A stretch of 64,000 bases of DNA from Octopus vulgaris (GCA_951406725.2 OX597816.1:44950001-45014000), one strand, 5' to 3'. Counted from the stretch's first letter, positions 27,402 through 41,132 are shown. Notes: generated by a model not told the origin, from the sequence alone. Program-made: numbers and translations.

Positions 27402-27669
27402 ATAAAACGGTAAGATAACAAAAGAAAGAAAGAGACCTCAATATTATGTAAATAGAGGAAATTTATCTATACAATATGTTACATTACTCGGTAGTCAAGA
27501 TAAAACTCTGAGTTTCAGATGCCGAAGTGGAAATCCACAACACCATCTCTTCGGTTATCTGGCTATTAGAAATAGCCAGATAACCGAAGAGATGGTGTTG
27601 TGGATTTCCACTTCGGCATCTGAAACTCAGAGTTTTATCTTGACTACCGAGTAATGTAACATATTGTAT

Positions 27670-27674
<5 letters not shown>
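27401..27674. mobile_element. Fold-back element, family H3, with perfect 104-bp arms
   Basis: Arms 27464-27567 and 27571-27674 are exact reverse complements around an AGA loop; TA runs on both sides. Confidence 0.9.
27578..27640 (+). ncRNA. Type-I hammerhead-like motif (variant core); identical mirror copy at 27498-27560 on the minus strand
   Basis: AGAUAA-CCGAAGA-GAUG..GUGGauuuCCAC..CAUC-U-GAAACUCAGAGUU-UUAUCU. 6-bp helix I, long helix II, near-palindromic helix III; core has U4->C. Confidence 0.65.
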
Positions 27675-27708
<34 letters not shown>

Positions 27709-27916
27709 TAAATGAAATAAAACATATGCATATATATAAACATATATGTACGTACCTACCTCTACATGTACATATACACGCATATATGAGTACAGGACAC
27801 CAAAGGGACGTCGAACACAAAGAGAAACGAAAACATAGACACAAACCAAAGGAACTGGACATTTTTTTAAAAAACAACAACAACAAAAAAAACAACAACA
27901 AAAAATAAATAAAATA

Positions 27917-28330
27917 GGCGCAGGAGTGGCTGTGTGGTAAGTAGCTTGCTAACCAACCACATGGTTCCGGGTTCAGTCCCACTGCGTGGCATCTTGGGCA
28001 AGTGTCTTCTGCTATAGCCCCGGGCCGACCTATGCCTTGTGAGTGGATTTGGTAGACGGAAACTAAAAGAAGCCTGTCGTATATATGTATATATATGTGT
28101 GTGTGTGTGTGTTTGTGTGTCTGTGTTTGTTCCCCTAGCATTGCTTGACAACCGATGCTGGAGTGTTTACGTCCCCGTCACTTAGCGGTTCGGCAAAAGA
28201 GACCGATAGAATAAGTACTGGGCTTACAAAGAATAAGTCCCGGGGTCGATTTGCTCGACTAAAGGCGGTGCTAGCATGGCCGCAGTCAAATGACTGAAAC
28301 AAGTAAAAGAGTAAAAGAGTAAAAGAGTAA
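27917..28330 (+). mobile_element. SINE family B, full length
   Basis: GGCGCAGGAGTGGCTGTGTGG head through (GTAAAAGA)3 tail; AAATAAAATA on both flanks. Confidence 0.88.
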
Positions 28331-28737
28331 AATAAAATATACACGGAGAGAAAACCACCGTGTGGATTTCTTACATGCTAAATACGGCAGTCAAAGCCCA
28401 AAACAACCCAAAGACATTCTAACATTAAAGCACGTTCTTCGTTCGCGAGCAAGACATTTGAGTGAATATAAATTTAATTAACTTTATACCCACGAGTTTC
28501 ATGAGTTTATATCTTTCATAAGTTTATGTCTTCTAACTTTTATTGCGCATGCTAACCACTGGTATAAATTATTTAATAATTTTTACCCGTGTGTGTATAT
28601 ATATTGTTCTATCTTAATAATAGTTAGACCGAAGGAAGAGAGGTAAATAGACAGAAGCTTGAGCACCTAAACGTCTTCAAGCATTTAGGAGAAATAAAAC
28701 ATCCAAGAAATCACTGTGAAGAAGATACTCAAAGAAT

Positions 28738-29135
28738 CTTTTCTACTCAAGGCACAAGGCCCGAAATTTTGGGGGAGGAGGCTAGTCGATTATATCGACC
28801 CCAGTACGCAACTGGTACTTAATTTATCGACCCCGAAAGGATGAAAGGCAAAGTCGACCTCGGTGGAATTTGAACTCAGAACGTAGCGGCAGACGAAATA
28901 CCTATTTCTTTACTACCCACAAGGGGCTAAACACAGAGAGGACAACCAAGGACAGACAAACGGATTAAGTCGATTATATCGACCCCAGTGCGTAACTGGT
29001 ACTTATTTAATCGACCCCGAAAGGATGAAAGGCAAAGTCGACCTCGGCGAAATTCGAACTCAGAACGTAGCGGCAGACGAAATACCTCTAAACATTTCGC
29101 CCGGCGTGCTAACGTTTCTGCCAGCTCGCCACCTT
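28738..29135 (-). mobile_element. SINE family A, dimeric form
   Basis: Two tandem cores with different 3' segments. Confidence 0.85.
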
Positions 29136-29618
29136 AAGATACTTTTAGCGAGCTTTTAGCCCAGTAATTTAATATAATGTTCGGTCATCCTTCGATAGCT
29201 GTAGGAATTAATCCAGTGAGGAACAACAACAACTCGTATGAGTTTTCGAAGACTTCATGGACATGGAGTATTTATTCCAATCCTGGATGAGAGCGTTTTT
29301 ACTCAGCTTGTAAATTAACATTCAACAGAACAGAATGGAAGTTGAATAAGAAAAGGTCTTCGTCTTGCCGCCTTACGTGACTGGTATAGAGGATTTAACA
29401 AAATTCAAATCAACGCTGGGTTCTCCCGTAGCAGGAACAGAGATGGAGACGACGTAGTTAGCTGCAGGCTGCGTGGAAGAGCAAAAGAGGATGCTACTTG
29501 GCTGTGCGCGTCTTTTTATAGCAATCTAACGAGCGCCACCTAGTTGCTAACGATGTGACACGGGAGATAACTCTAGATGACTCTCATTAAAACATGACGG
29601 CACTGGATTCAAATAACG

Positions 29619-30500
29619 TTGCCTACATACTCAAAGAATAAAGCTAAAACAATATTGATTGGAGTGAAAATGATATTTTGCCTCCAAACTATTACGTTGT
29701 GCCTTGTTCTCTACGGAGCAGGAGCTCATACACTGTACACAGCAATGGATAAAAAGGTAGGTGCCTCTGACATGTGGATATTGCGCAGATTGAGCAAAAT
29801 AAGCTGTTATAAAACAGGGTAATAAGACCGGAGTGCTAGAAATGCTGAAATTCCAAAGACACATATCGTTGAGAATCCCTTCCACAAAGATTTTGGACAT
29901 TTTAGGCGCAGGAGTGGCTGTGTGGTAAGGAACTTGCTTTCTAATCACATGCTTCCTGCTTCTATCCCACTGCGTGGAACCTGGGGAAAGTGGTGTCTTC
30001 TACTATGGCCGCGGGACGACCAAAAGCCTTGTGAGTGGATTTGGATGACGGAAACTAAAAGAAGCCCGTTGTGTGCGAGGTGGTCTTTATGTCTGGGTTT
30101 GTCCTCCACCACCGCTTGTGTTTACGTCCCCTAAACTTAGGAGGTTCGGCAAAAAGAGACCGATGGAATAAGTACCAGGCTTGAAAAGAAACATTATGCC
30201 CTAGGGTAGACTTGTTCGACTAAAACCATTTAAGGCGGTGCACCAGCATGGCCGCAGTCCAGTGACTGAAACAAGTAAAAGGTAGGAGGTGTGCTATGAG
30301 CTACGAGTCACTACTGAAGACAATTTCTCAAAAGAATGTGTGGAAAGCAAAAGAACAAGAAATTGTTAAAGACGTTTGTGAGCTGGCGGCATAAAAATGG
30401 ACAGGAAACTGGATCGTGACTGATTTTATGCACTGATTTTATGCACCCAGTATAACACAGGATACTGGAGTCTTAGCAGGCCGACACTTGGACACAGGGA
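29619..30500 (+). mobile_element. RTE-clade LINE 3' remnant, split by a SINE
   Basis: LYGAGAHTL..VGASDMWILRRLSKIS resembles the RTE motif LLYG.E.WT..AFEMWC.RRMLRIS; TTTGGACAT (FGH) just before the SINE. Confidence 0.55.
29905..30282 (+). mobile_element. SINE family B, diverged
   Basis: Family B head and tail. Confidence 0.8.
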
Positions 30501-30750
30501 GCATACCTGGCTGATAATATATTGTATGGCTGTGTGTATGTATGGAATTCGCTATATAAAGATGGGCAAAACTATGGAAAAAATATCGTGTATAACAATT
30601 TTGGCGTCTCTTCGTTTCATTCGTTTCAACGCTGGTTTAGTCAGTAATATGTTTAACATAAAAAAAAGAAAAGAAATTAGCTCATTTGGACAGGAAAGAT
30701 TAAAATATCACTCACTCTTCCTCTCTCTCTCTCTCTCTCTCGCTCTCTTC

Positions 30751-30802
<52 letters not shown>

Positions 30803-31363
30803 AAACACACATTCATACACCTACACGTAATGTGACCAATTTACTGTCAAAAGTTTTTAGTTTGGCAAGAAAGAAGTATTGAGAAAAGCTGAAGACAGAC
30901 AATAAGAGCGGCTGAGAGAGAAAGAGAGAGAGAGAGAGAGAGACGAACAGACAGAGACAGAGACAGGGCGTGAGAGAGGAGGAGAGAGTGAGTGAGACAT
31001 AGACATGGAGACAGACAGCGAGGCGAATATCTGACAGATCGCCTGAAAGTAGAGGAAACGAAGAGAAATGAGATAAAGAAATCTATATTTGCATAGATGT
31101 CGTGAACGAAAGCAAAACAAGAAAAATAATTAGCTTGCTACAAATCAGACAAGCAGAAGGTAAGACAAACAGACAGAGTGGCAGGCAGATAAGCGAGCGA
31201 GAAAAGTAGAGAGACGTATAAAACTGCAAAATAATGCCAGATACCATTTTCAAAATGTCGGTATTGTTTGTATGTTAGTCGCTTCTTTTTTCTCCCTTTC
31301 GGAAGAAATACGGTGAAATGTACAAACAAAAATCATATATAAGTGTGCATGTGTTTGTATACA

Positions 31364-31461
<98 letters not shown>

Positions 31462-31504
31462 TTACTTGGAAATATAATAATAATAATAAAAATGATAAAT
31501 AATA

Positions 31505-31671
31505 ATAATAACATCGAAAAATACCTTAGGAATGAGAACCCAGGTTCGAAATTTCTCCAAGACAACTGAAGAAGGCCGGAGGGTATATCAGCCGAAAGGT
31601 TGTGTTAACAACAAACAAGATGAGGACAATATCCGTCAAATGTAAATAATGTAAATAATGTAAATAATGTA
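31505..31671 (+). mobile_element. Short element with degenerate hammerhead and (TGTAAATAA)3 tail (family H4)
   Basis: ACAA-CTGAAGA-A-GGCCG..CAGCC-GAAAGGTT-GTGT at 31562-31605; preceded by TAA repeats. Confidence 0.55.
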
Positions 31672-31689
31672 CTGTCACATTGATATTGT

Positions 31690-31880
31690 AAATATTGGTT
31701 TCCGGTTTCAGCACAATGCCGACAATTTGGTAAGCCGAATACATCGACCCCAATACAGAACTGGTACTTATTTTATCGATTCCAAAGGATGAAAGGCAAA
31801 GTCAGCTTTAGCAAAATTTGATCTCAGATCGTACAGATGGACGAAATGCCGCTATGTATTTTGCCCGGCGCGGTAAAGAT
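31690..31880 (-). mobile_element. SINE family A, degenerate
   Basis: AAAGGATGAAAGGCAAAGTC core. Confidence 0.7.
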
Positions 31881-32649
31881 TCTACCAGCTCGATACCTTT
31901 TGGTGTTATAAATATTACTAGAGTAATGTTCAGTCGAGAAATAGGTAACAATAATTTTTCTTTTCTTTCACCTGCAGATCTTTAGTATTTTTTTAACAGG
32001 GCTGACGAGCGATTCACTGCTAGGACGAAAAGCATTACAGATAATCTGTCACTCTGAAATATTCCTGTTGATAGCTTAATTCTGCTAGCGACTGTCATCG
32101 TAGCATCAATTCTTAAAGATAGCTCTGTGGACCATGTTGCTTGCCAACTTTTTAATGATATTGACTATAATGATTTGTACCTTAGCAAGGCAAAAATGAC
32201 TCTATAATCTATGAATTAGGAACTGAGTCAAAACGCTTCTTATCGTCTAGCCATACAGTCAGCAGGTTTCGGCTGAGCCGTTTCGCTTCCTTAGGAACAG
32301 CTTTGTCGATAAGTTGTTCCGTATAGCTCCAGACACCTTTCTTTCCCCTTGCTTGCTCATCGTTCACCACACTGTGGGTTTGTGAGTTTCACAGTTATCC
32401 TGAAGGAACGCATTCAAGTAGGCTGCGTATAATTTACATACATCACATTCAATCACACTATGGACCTGTAGTTTTTGTCTCATGCGTCTCCTGGTTTTTA
32501 ACTATGAGGCTGGATATACAACTGAAAGCCAGTCTAGCAAAGAACTCATAGCATTCATTGCTCTTTGAGTTTTGGTGGGGTTTTGTGTGGGGTTTTGTGA
32601 TTTGTTTTTTTTTTTTAAATAAGTTAACGAGCTTTCTTTATCAAATACC

Positions 32650-32880
32650 TATTTCTTTACTACCCACAAGGGGCTAAACACAGAGAGGACAAACAAGGTC
32701 AGACAAAGGGATTAAGTCGATTACATCGACCCCAGTGCGTAAATGGTACTTAATTTATCGACCCCGAAAGGATGAAAGGCAAAGTTGACCTTGGCGGAAT
32801 TTGAACTCAGAACGTAGCGGCAGACAAAATACGGCTACGCATTTCGCCCGGCGTGCTAACGTTTCTGCCAGCTCGCCGCC
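32650..32880 (-). mobile_element. SINE family A with TSD
   Basis: Full head; flanking duplication TTTCTTTA(T/C)CAAATACC. Confidence 0.88.
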
Positions 32881-33717
32881 TTTCTTTACCAAATACCGAC
32901 TATAAGATTCTTCTCTGGATAATTTTATAACAGTTGCCAGAAGAGTTTCACTGTTGGTGTTACAAGCTTCCGGGGAGAGAGAGAGAGAGACGGTCGTACT
33001 ACATTCACTTCGTGGCTCTTCTAACCACATAGCGTCATGCTTGTGCCTTTTATTCACATTCTATATCCTTCTTCAAAGTGATTCTAGATCATCCTGAAGA
33101 GAAGCTTTTACGACCTAGATGGTTTGGCTTGGCTTTTCATACTGTGATAAACCGCTTGTGAATTTGAAATTTATTGCAAATCTGTGATTAACTGCTTCGC
33201 GTTCTTAAATAGTAGTTTGTTATTTTCTCTTTTTTTTTTCCGACAACGAAATTTTTCACTTACCTAGTTTTCCCGTTAGTCTCTTGTCGACAATTCTCAT
33301 AGACCTTAGATAATCTATAATTAAGTCGCAGCTGGTGGCTAGTGAATTTATTATTCAGTTTACACTTAATGATAGTGTCTAATGATAATGCCTAACTGTC
33401 GAATATTTATTTTTTTTCTGAGACTGTCGATATTTGTCTGGAGAGATGTAATCCATTTTGACCATTTCTTCTCATTACGATCGATTCTTGTTACTCTTGT
33501 CTAATGGGGTAATCGCACCACGGTATTACAGAGCATTGTTAATGTCCAAAAATTGGGATTTTCGATCTTTGCCACTTATACACTTATACTTTAGCTACTT
33601 GGTCTATTGCGGATAACATCAGGTTGGGCGGGTTTTCTTTCAATTCTTGAGATGATTATTCTTACTGCAGTTGTCAAGTAATATAAAGAGTGAAGATTTG
33701 CTTGAATCTTGTCAACT

Positions 33718-33930
33718 GCTCTTTTACTCTTTTACTTGTTTCAGGCATTTCACTGTAGCCATGCTGGAGCACCGCCTGTAGTCGAGAAAATCGACCCCAG
33801 GACTTATTCATTGTAAGCTTAGTACTTATTCTATCGGTCTCTTTTGCCGAACCGCTACGTTACGGGTACGTAAACACACCAGCATCGGTTATCAAGCGAT
33901 GTTGGGGGGAACAAACACAGACGCAAAACC
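33718..33930 (-). mobile_element. SINE family B 3' half
   Basis: Tail CTCTTTTACTCTTTTACTTGTTTCAG and body. Confidence 0.78.
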
Positions 33931-34174
33931 ATATACACACACACATACATACATACATGCATGCATGCATACATACATACATGCATGCATACACACATAC
34001 ATACATACATACATACATACATACATGCATACATACATACATACATACATGCATGCATGCATACATACATATATATATATAAATATATATATTGTAGGGA
34101 CGTAAATACACCAACACTGGTTGTCAAACTGTGGTAGAGGACAAACACAAGCAGAAAAGCATACATACACTATG

Positions 34175-34683
34175 AAGGCAGAGACCTGGCAGAATCGTTA
34201 CCACGCCGGACGAAATGCTTAGCGGTATTTCGTCTGCCGCTACGTTCTGAGTTCAATTTCCACCGAGATCGACTTTGCCTTTCATCCTTTCGGGGTTGAT
34301 AAATTAAGTACCAGGACAGACAAAGGGATTAAGTCGATCACATCAACCCCAGTGCGTAACTGGTACTTAATTTATCGACCCCGAAAGGATGAAAGGCAAA
34401 GTCAACCTCGGTGGAATTTGAACTCAGAGCGTAACGGCAAACAAAATACCTATTTCTTTACTACCCACAAGGGGCTAAACATAGAGGGGACAAACAAGGA
34501 CAGACAAACGGATTAAGTCGATTATATCGACCCCAGTGCGTAACTGGTACTTATTCAATCGACTCCGAAAGGATGAAAGGCAAAGTCGACCTCGGCGGAA
34601 TTTGAACTCAGAACGTAACGGCAGACGAAATACCGCTAAACATTTTGCCCGGCGTGCTAACGATTCTGCCAGTTCGCCGCCTT
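34175..34683. mobile_element. Inverted SINE family A cluster (plus-strand copy joined to a minus-strand dimer)
   Basis: Plus copy 34175-34312 abuts minus dimer 34313-34683. Confidence 0.8.
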
Positions 34684-35072
34684 CATTTATTTATTTATAT
34701 ATTAGGAGAAACGTGTCAAGGAACGTAAAATAAAGTTAAGAGCAAGACAATCCCATTTTTCCGCATATGTATTGATTTTTTCTTGATGTTGTTATTGTTC
34801 TTTCATTCCTATTACTAATGACAAAAGAAAAACCAAGAACATCAAACAATTACTATATCTCTTTCTCCTCCTACGCTCACTATAAGGTCTCGGTAATTAT
34901 ATCAGATAGGAACATGCCTATGTTAACGATATATACATATATGTACCGTTATATATGTATGAACATATGGGCATACATACATACGTGTGTGCGTGTGGAG
35001 GAGGGGCGCCCGTATGTGCGTGTGCGTATGTATGTGTGTGTGTGCCCATATATACATATATATATAGATATA

Positions 35073-35118
<46 letters not shown>

Positions 35119-36025
35119 GATATATATATATAGATATATATAGATATGCACGTACGTATGTGTTTATATATGTGTATTAAATAGGAATATGCATATGTAA
35201 ACAATATATGTGTGTGTCTGTGTCTGTGTGTATATGTATGTATGTGTGTGTGTTTGTATGTATGTATGTATGTATGTATGTATGTATGTATGTATGTATG
35301 TATGTATGTATGTATGTATGTATGTGTGTGTATGTATATACGTATGTACGTACGATTGCATATTTGTATGTACGTACATATATGTATGTATGCATGCATG
35401 TATCTGCGATGTATCGATGTGTAGGTTGTTTTAAGAACGTGCTAGATTTTCATAACTAATTGCCGTATAACGATGAATACAGTGTAGTCGCTGAGCAAAT
35501 CGTGCCGACTGGCCGAAGCTTTTCACTCTCAACGTCCTAAAACTGGCGTCGTCTTGGCTCAGTTTAACAAGCTGTGAATAGTTAACAAAGCGAGACACAG
35601 CTCTAAGTAATGAGGACATCGAACAAGAAGCGAAACTTTTTCAGATATCTAGCAGTAATTAGCTGAAATAATTTTGAAATGCTCTACAGAGTATAAACTA
35701 ATAAGACGCTTGTATCATTATTATTCCGTCCAAAAGAGCATTGGACAGAACGCTTTGCGAGCATTCAGTTACGTTTCTTTACATTCTGAAATCAAATCCC
35801 GACGGAGTCAGCTATGTCTTTCAGTCTTTCGCGGTTCGATAAAATAACGTGCCAGCTGAGAAGTGGTGTTGATTTAACATACGAGCTCTCTTCACCCCCA
35901 TTTTATACAAGACTCGTCCAAAACTTTGCCCTCAAAATTTTCTTACCTGATTAGGTATCATTGATTGAAACTCTTTTCCACTACATATGCCGAAAGAGAC
36001 ACTGAAGCTGTAAGTGGATATGCAG

Positions 36026-36258
36026 AAGGCGGCGAGCTGGCAGAAAGGTTAGCACGCCGGGCGAAATGCGTAGCCGTATTTCGTCTGCCGTTATGTTCTC
36101 AGTTCAAATTCCGCCGAGGTCGACTTTGCCTTTCATCCTTTCGGGGTCGATAAATTAAGTACCAGTTACGCACTGGGGTCGATGCAGTCGACTTAATCCG
36201 TTTGTCTGTCCTTGTTTGTCCCCTCTGTGTTTAGCCCCTTGTGGGTAGTAAAGAAATA
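36026..36258 (+). mobile_element. SINE family A with 14-bp TSD
   Basis: TAAGTGGATATGCA at 36011 and 36261. Confidence 0.9.
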
Positions 36259-36489
36259 TATAAGTGGATATGCATGTGTGTGTGTGTGTGTGTTTACTTT
36301 CTAGTTTGTCCAGTTAAAGCTTGTGATTTCGATATCAGAGAAATACCATGTCACTTTTATGTAATAGCTATGGCAGTCGCTTGGTATGCAACGTTCGATA
36401 TACGTAGGCGATTGGGTCTGTCCTTTTACCCGTCAAATAGTAGTATCTTACAATATATATTGTTTGTTTCTTCTCGGGCCACGCCTGGA

Positions 36490-36757
36490 TCATAAGGGTC
36501 GGTTTCCCAGTTTCCTTGGCGTATAAGTTCCCCACCTGGACGGGACGCCGGTCCGTCGAAGGTGAGCTGCAAGATGCAGGAGGAAAGAGTGAGAGAAAAT
36601 TGTGGCGAAAGACTCAGCAGAGATTCGCTATTACCTTCTGCCGGAGCCGCGTACAGTTTAGGTGTTTCATTCATAAAAACACATATCGCCCGGTCTGATA
36701 TTCGTACCCGCGATCTCTCGACCGCGAGTCCGCTGCTCTAGGCCATGTGCCTCCACT
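36490..36757 (-). mobile_element. SINE family C head with alternative tail
   Basis: GACCGCGAGTCCGCTGC head; tail GGAAACTGGGAAACCG is related to 41630-41725. Confidence 0.7.
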
Positions 36758-36796
<39 letters not shown>

Positions 36797-37337
36797 AACT
36801 ATTATTTATTACTATTGACACTTCTAAAATACTTTGCATGTGTGTGTGTGTGTGTGTGTGTGAAAGAGAGAGACAGACAGACAGAGAGAGAGAGTGGTGT
36901 GGATAGAATGTGAAAATTTAACTAAGAAGCACCTTCGCTTCTCTTTTGCAAGGCAGATAACACAGAATAGTTCCAGGTAATTCAGCTGGTCAATTCAAGC
37001 AGTGGTAGTGGATTTTAAGAATAATCAAACCCAAAGATACACACACTCACACACACACACATATACACGATGGGCTTCCACACAGTTTCCGACTACCAAA
37101 TTCACTCACAAGACATTAATTCGGCCCGGAGCTGTAGTGGACGAATCTTACACAAAGTGTTGTGCTGTGGAACTGAACCTGAAACTACGAGGTTACAAAG
37201 CTAGCCTCTTAATCACACAGCTATGCTTGCGCCTATGAAAATTTCATCCACAATACGTTGAAGACACATACCCATGATGCTTCACAGTACGATTGATCTC
37301 GACTTCAAGTAGTTGCGAATCAATCTTCTTATTCACG

Positions 37338-37927
37338 AAGGCGGCGAGCTGGCAGAAACGTTAGCACGCCGGGCGAAATGCGTAGCCGTATTTCGTCTGC
37401 CGTTACGTTCTGAGTTCAAATTCCGCCGAAGTCGACTTTGCCTTTCATCCTTTCGGGGTCGATAAATTAAGTACCAGTTACGCACTGGGATCAATATAAT
37501 CGACTTAATCCGTTTGTCTGTCCTTGTTTGTCCTCTCTGTGTTTAGCCCCTTGTGGGTAGTAAAGAAATAGGTATTTCGCTGCCGTTATGTTATGAGTTC
37601 AAATTCGCCGAGGTCGACTTTGCCTTTCATCCTTTTGGGGTCGATTAAATAAGTACCAGTTACGCACTGAGGTCGATATAATCGACTTAATCCCCTTTAT
37701 GTTTAGCCCCTTGTGGGCAATAAAGAAATATGAAACGTTAGCACGCTGGACGAAATGCTTAGCAGTATTTCGTCTGCCGTTACTTTCTGAGTTCAAATTC
37801 CACCGAGGTCGACTTTGCCTTTCATCCTTTTGGGGTCGATAAATTAAGTACCAGTTGCGTACTGGAGTCGATCTAATCGACAGGCCTCTCCCCCGAAATT
37901 TCGGGCTTTGTGCCTAGAGTAGAAAAG
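37338..37927 (+). mobile_element. SINE family A trimer with 16-bp TSD
   Basis: Three cores; AATCTTCTTA(T/A)TCACG on both flanks. Confidence 0.88.
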
Positions 37928-38534
37928 AATCTTCTTAATCACGTAACCATGCTTGCGTGTCCATAATAAGAGCAAATGTTATGGGGAAACTTTTGTACCT
38001 GAAATACTAGAAACTTGATTCTTAAACCGCCCAAAGGATTAATGCGCTTTCACAGACACATCCAGGCTCTCCAAATGTTTTTTTTTCCCCAACTAATTAA
38101 TCCCACCGTTCAGTAGCAAATATATAAACCCACTGTGATACACCGTAATAAAATTCTGTAGAGAGATACCACCAAAAAAGACATAATTATTACCAAACTT
38201 TCCATCAATGACTATGTCGTCTATTTGTAGGACTACATTACACTGCATAATTATTATCCTTTTAGACAAGGCGATTTATTCAGTGAGAGATTTGACAGCT
38301 ATTTCTAGCAGATGAAACGACCTTGTACAGGCTCCATCATCGCCTTGTTCTGGGGATTCTTGTTTTGTTTTTGCTTCTTTTTTTCTTTTTTAATTTCAAC
38401 AGTTTCATTTATGGTAGAACATGTCTTCGTACTGAATTACTTTGTTTCCTTTTACAGTTGCGGCTGCTATTGCTGCGGACGCTTTAGTTGTCTTTCTCAG
38501 TTGTCATTTGCTAAACGAAGACATGCAGTGTGTG

Positions 38535-38619
<85 letters not shown>

Positions 38620-38807
38620 ACTTTCACATATTCAAATGTACACATGGAAACAAATATTTACACACCTAAGTGTGTAAATTGAAACCAAACAGAAACTTCG
38701 GTTTGTATATTGGATTTAAGTGATTTTAATACGTTCAGAAAGGGGAAAAACGTGTTTGCGATTGAGGGATGGACGAAACAGGAATCTAAATTCGGAAAGA
38801 AGGTGAC

Positions 38808-38844
<37 letters not shown>

Positions 38845-39093
38845 CAAGAACAGACAGGTTCTGGAAACAGCTAGAGTGAGAGAGAGGGTGGGAGAAATGC
38901 GAGAAGGAGTGAGAAAGGAGGGAGGGAGGGGGAGATAGCAAGAAACAGAAGAATGGAATACAAATTTGAACAAGATCAAACGCAGATTGGAACATTTATC
39001 TATCTATTTATCCATCTATCTATCTACCTACCTATATATCTATCCATCCATTCATTCATCCATCTATCTATCTATCCTTAAAGCATATACATA

Positions 39094-39138
<45 letters not shown>

Positions 39139-39412
39139 TTGACATATATATATATATATACACATTGACATATATATATATATGCATACACATATATACA
39201 CAAATACGTAATATGGATGGATGCATGCGCGCGCGGATGTGTGCGTGTATGCGTCTGTATGCGTGTATGTATGTATATGTTTGTGCTAGTATTAACGGTT
39301 AAGACGTTTATAGAAAGAATGTTACACATAAGCACCAATTTTAGGCAGCAAGAAAGCAACAGGTTTCCTATGTGAAATTGATTATAACCTCAAATAAATG
39401 TATATATATATA

Positions 39413-39700
39413 TCACGTGACCGACCAGACCATCAGATGTTGTTATACATCGCTGGTCACAATGCGTTCGCATTGTTTTCGCCTTCGAATGACGCCACCC
39501 TGCTGGCTAAGCGAGCAGGCCAACAGAAGAAAGAGTGGGAGAAGGAGTGGTGAAAGAGTACAGCAGGGATCAACACCCCCTGCCGGAGCCTCGTGGAACT
39601 TTTATGTGTTTTAGCTCAATAAACACTCACAACGCCCGGTCTGGGAATCGAAACCGTGATCCTACGACCGCGAGTCCGCTGCCCTAATCACTGCCCTAAT
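39413..39700 (-). mobile_element. SINE family C (tRNA-like head), tail type 2
   Basis: Head GGGCAGCGGACTCGCGGTCGTAGGATC..GGTTTCGATTCCC; second copy at 42995-43298. Confidence 0.8.
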
Positions 39701-39730
39701 CCACGTATATATATATATATATATATATAT

Positions 39731-39788
<58 letters not shown>

Positions 39789-40782
39789 GTGTGTATGTAT
39801 GTATATATATATATATATATATACATACATACATGTATGTATGGATGTATATATATATATGGAAAAATGTCAAGGTAGAAAATACTAAAATAATTTTATA
39901 AAAAACATTTCAGTACCTGTTCCAGTCATTGAGACTTTTTCACCTGTAAGTATGGAAAACACTTAAATTTGGGAAAATTTAAAGAAAAGTTTTTTAAAAG
40001 AATATTTGCATAGTATTCAAATACAAGTGGCATTTTCCTTGTTTCTGCTTGTCTCTGTCTCTCTTGTTTACTCTTGTGGGTTCGAGGTCGTTGTGAATTC
40101 TTGGCAATGAATAAGAAGGAAGAGAAGAAGAAGAAGAAGAAGAAGAAGAAGAAGAAGAAGAAGAAGAAGAAGAGAAGGAGAAGGTGGAGGAGGAGGAGGA
40201 GGTGGAGTAGAAGAATGCGGGAGTGTCATGATAGTAGTAGGATGTTAAATGGTCAAGTGCCCTGAAAGTGACTTGTTGTGGATGGTAGTAGTGATTGAAT
40301 TTTTGAGAGATCTCTATTAAATGTATTGTTTATAAAATTTGCGTATGTGTTATTCTAAACAGCAATAGTGGTAAAGTTACATATAGTGGTGTCGGTGATG
40401 GTGGTGGACTCTCTCGTCGTTTCGACGAATGTAAGTTGAACAATAAAAAGACAGAAAGTCCTTGTCCCTATCTCCACTGGACTTATGAAGGAAGTCTAAT
40501 GAGCTGGCACCGTTGTTTTGGTTTGTTGAATAACCTGCGCGATTAATATTGTTATTATAATGAATATGATTCCACACTCTTGTCCTTAAAACTTCTATTA
40601 GACCAGTAGTTATCAGGATGCAGGAGTTGCATGAAATTTCCTTCTCTTATATGGCCAGCTAAACAGTTGAAATGCTTCATACATACCAACAATTTCAATG
40701 AAAGAGCCTTGGATCTAGGTTAGAAAGCGGCTCTTTCTCTATTGGCAAAAAATCTTGAAAACAAAACTGAATAGTAGCATAC

Positions 40783-40854
<72 letters not shown>

Positions 40855-40876
40855 TGTATGTATGTATGTATGTATG

Positions 40877-40929
<53 letters not shown>

Positions 40930-40933
<4 letters not shown>

Positions 40934-41132
40934 AATGTGACCGCGTGTGTACCGTTGGCGATTTTTTTTTCCTCTGTCTTCCCTTCTCTGGATCTTTCCT
41001 TCTCCTATGTTTCCGACGAAGAGCTCCGCTCGAAACGTTAAACCCTCCTTCTTTCCTGAGCGTCCAATAATACTATATTTGTTCCACGTCCTCGCGTTGT
41101 TGTGTTTTCTCTTTGTGTTTTCTTGTTTGGAT

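Noticed and set aside
39908-39948. Possible decayed hammerhead in a TA-flanked element
   Set aside because: Both core boxes are non-canonical (GUGAAAA, GGAAC); cannot be supported from one copy.
40377-40577. 66-aa minus-strand ORF as a host exon
   Set aside because: No recognisable domain or convincing splice pair.
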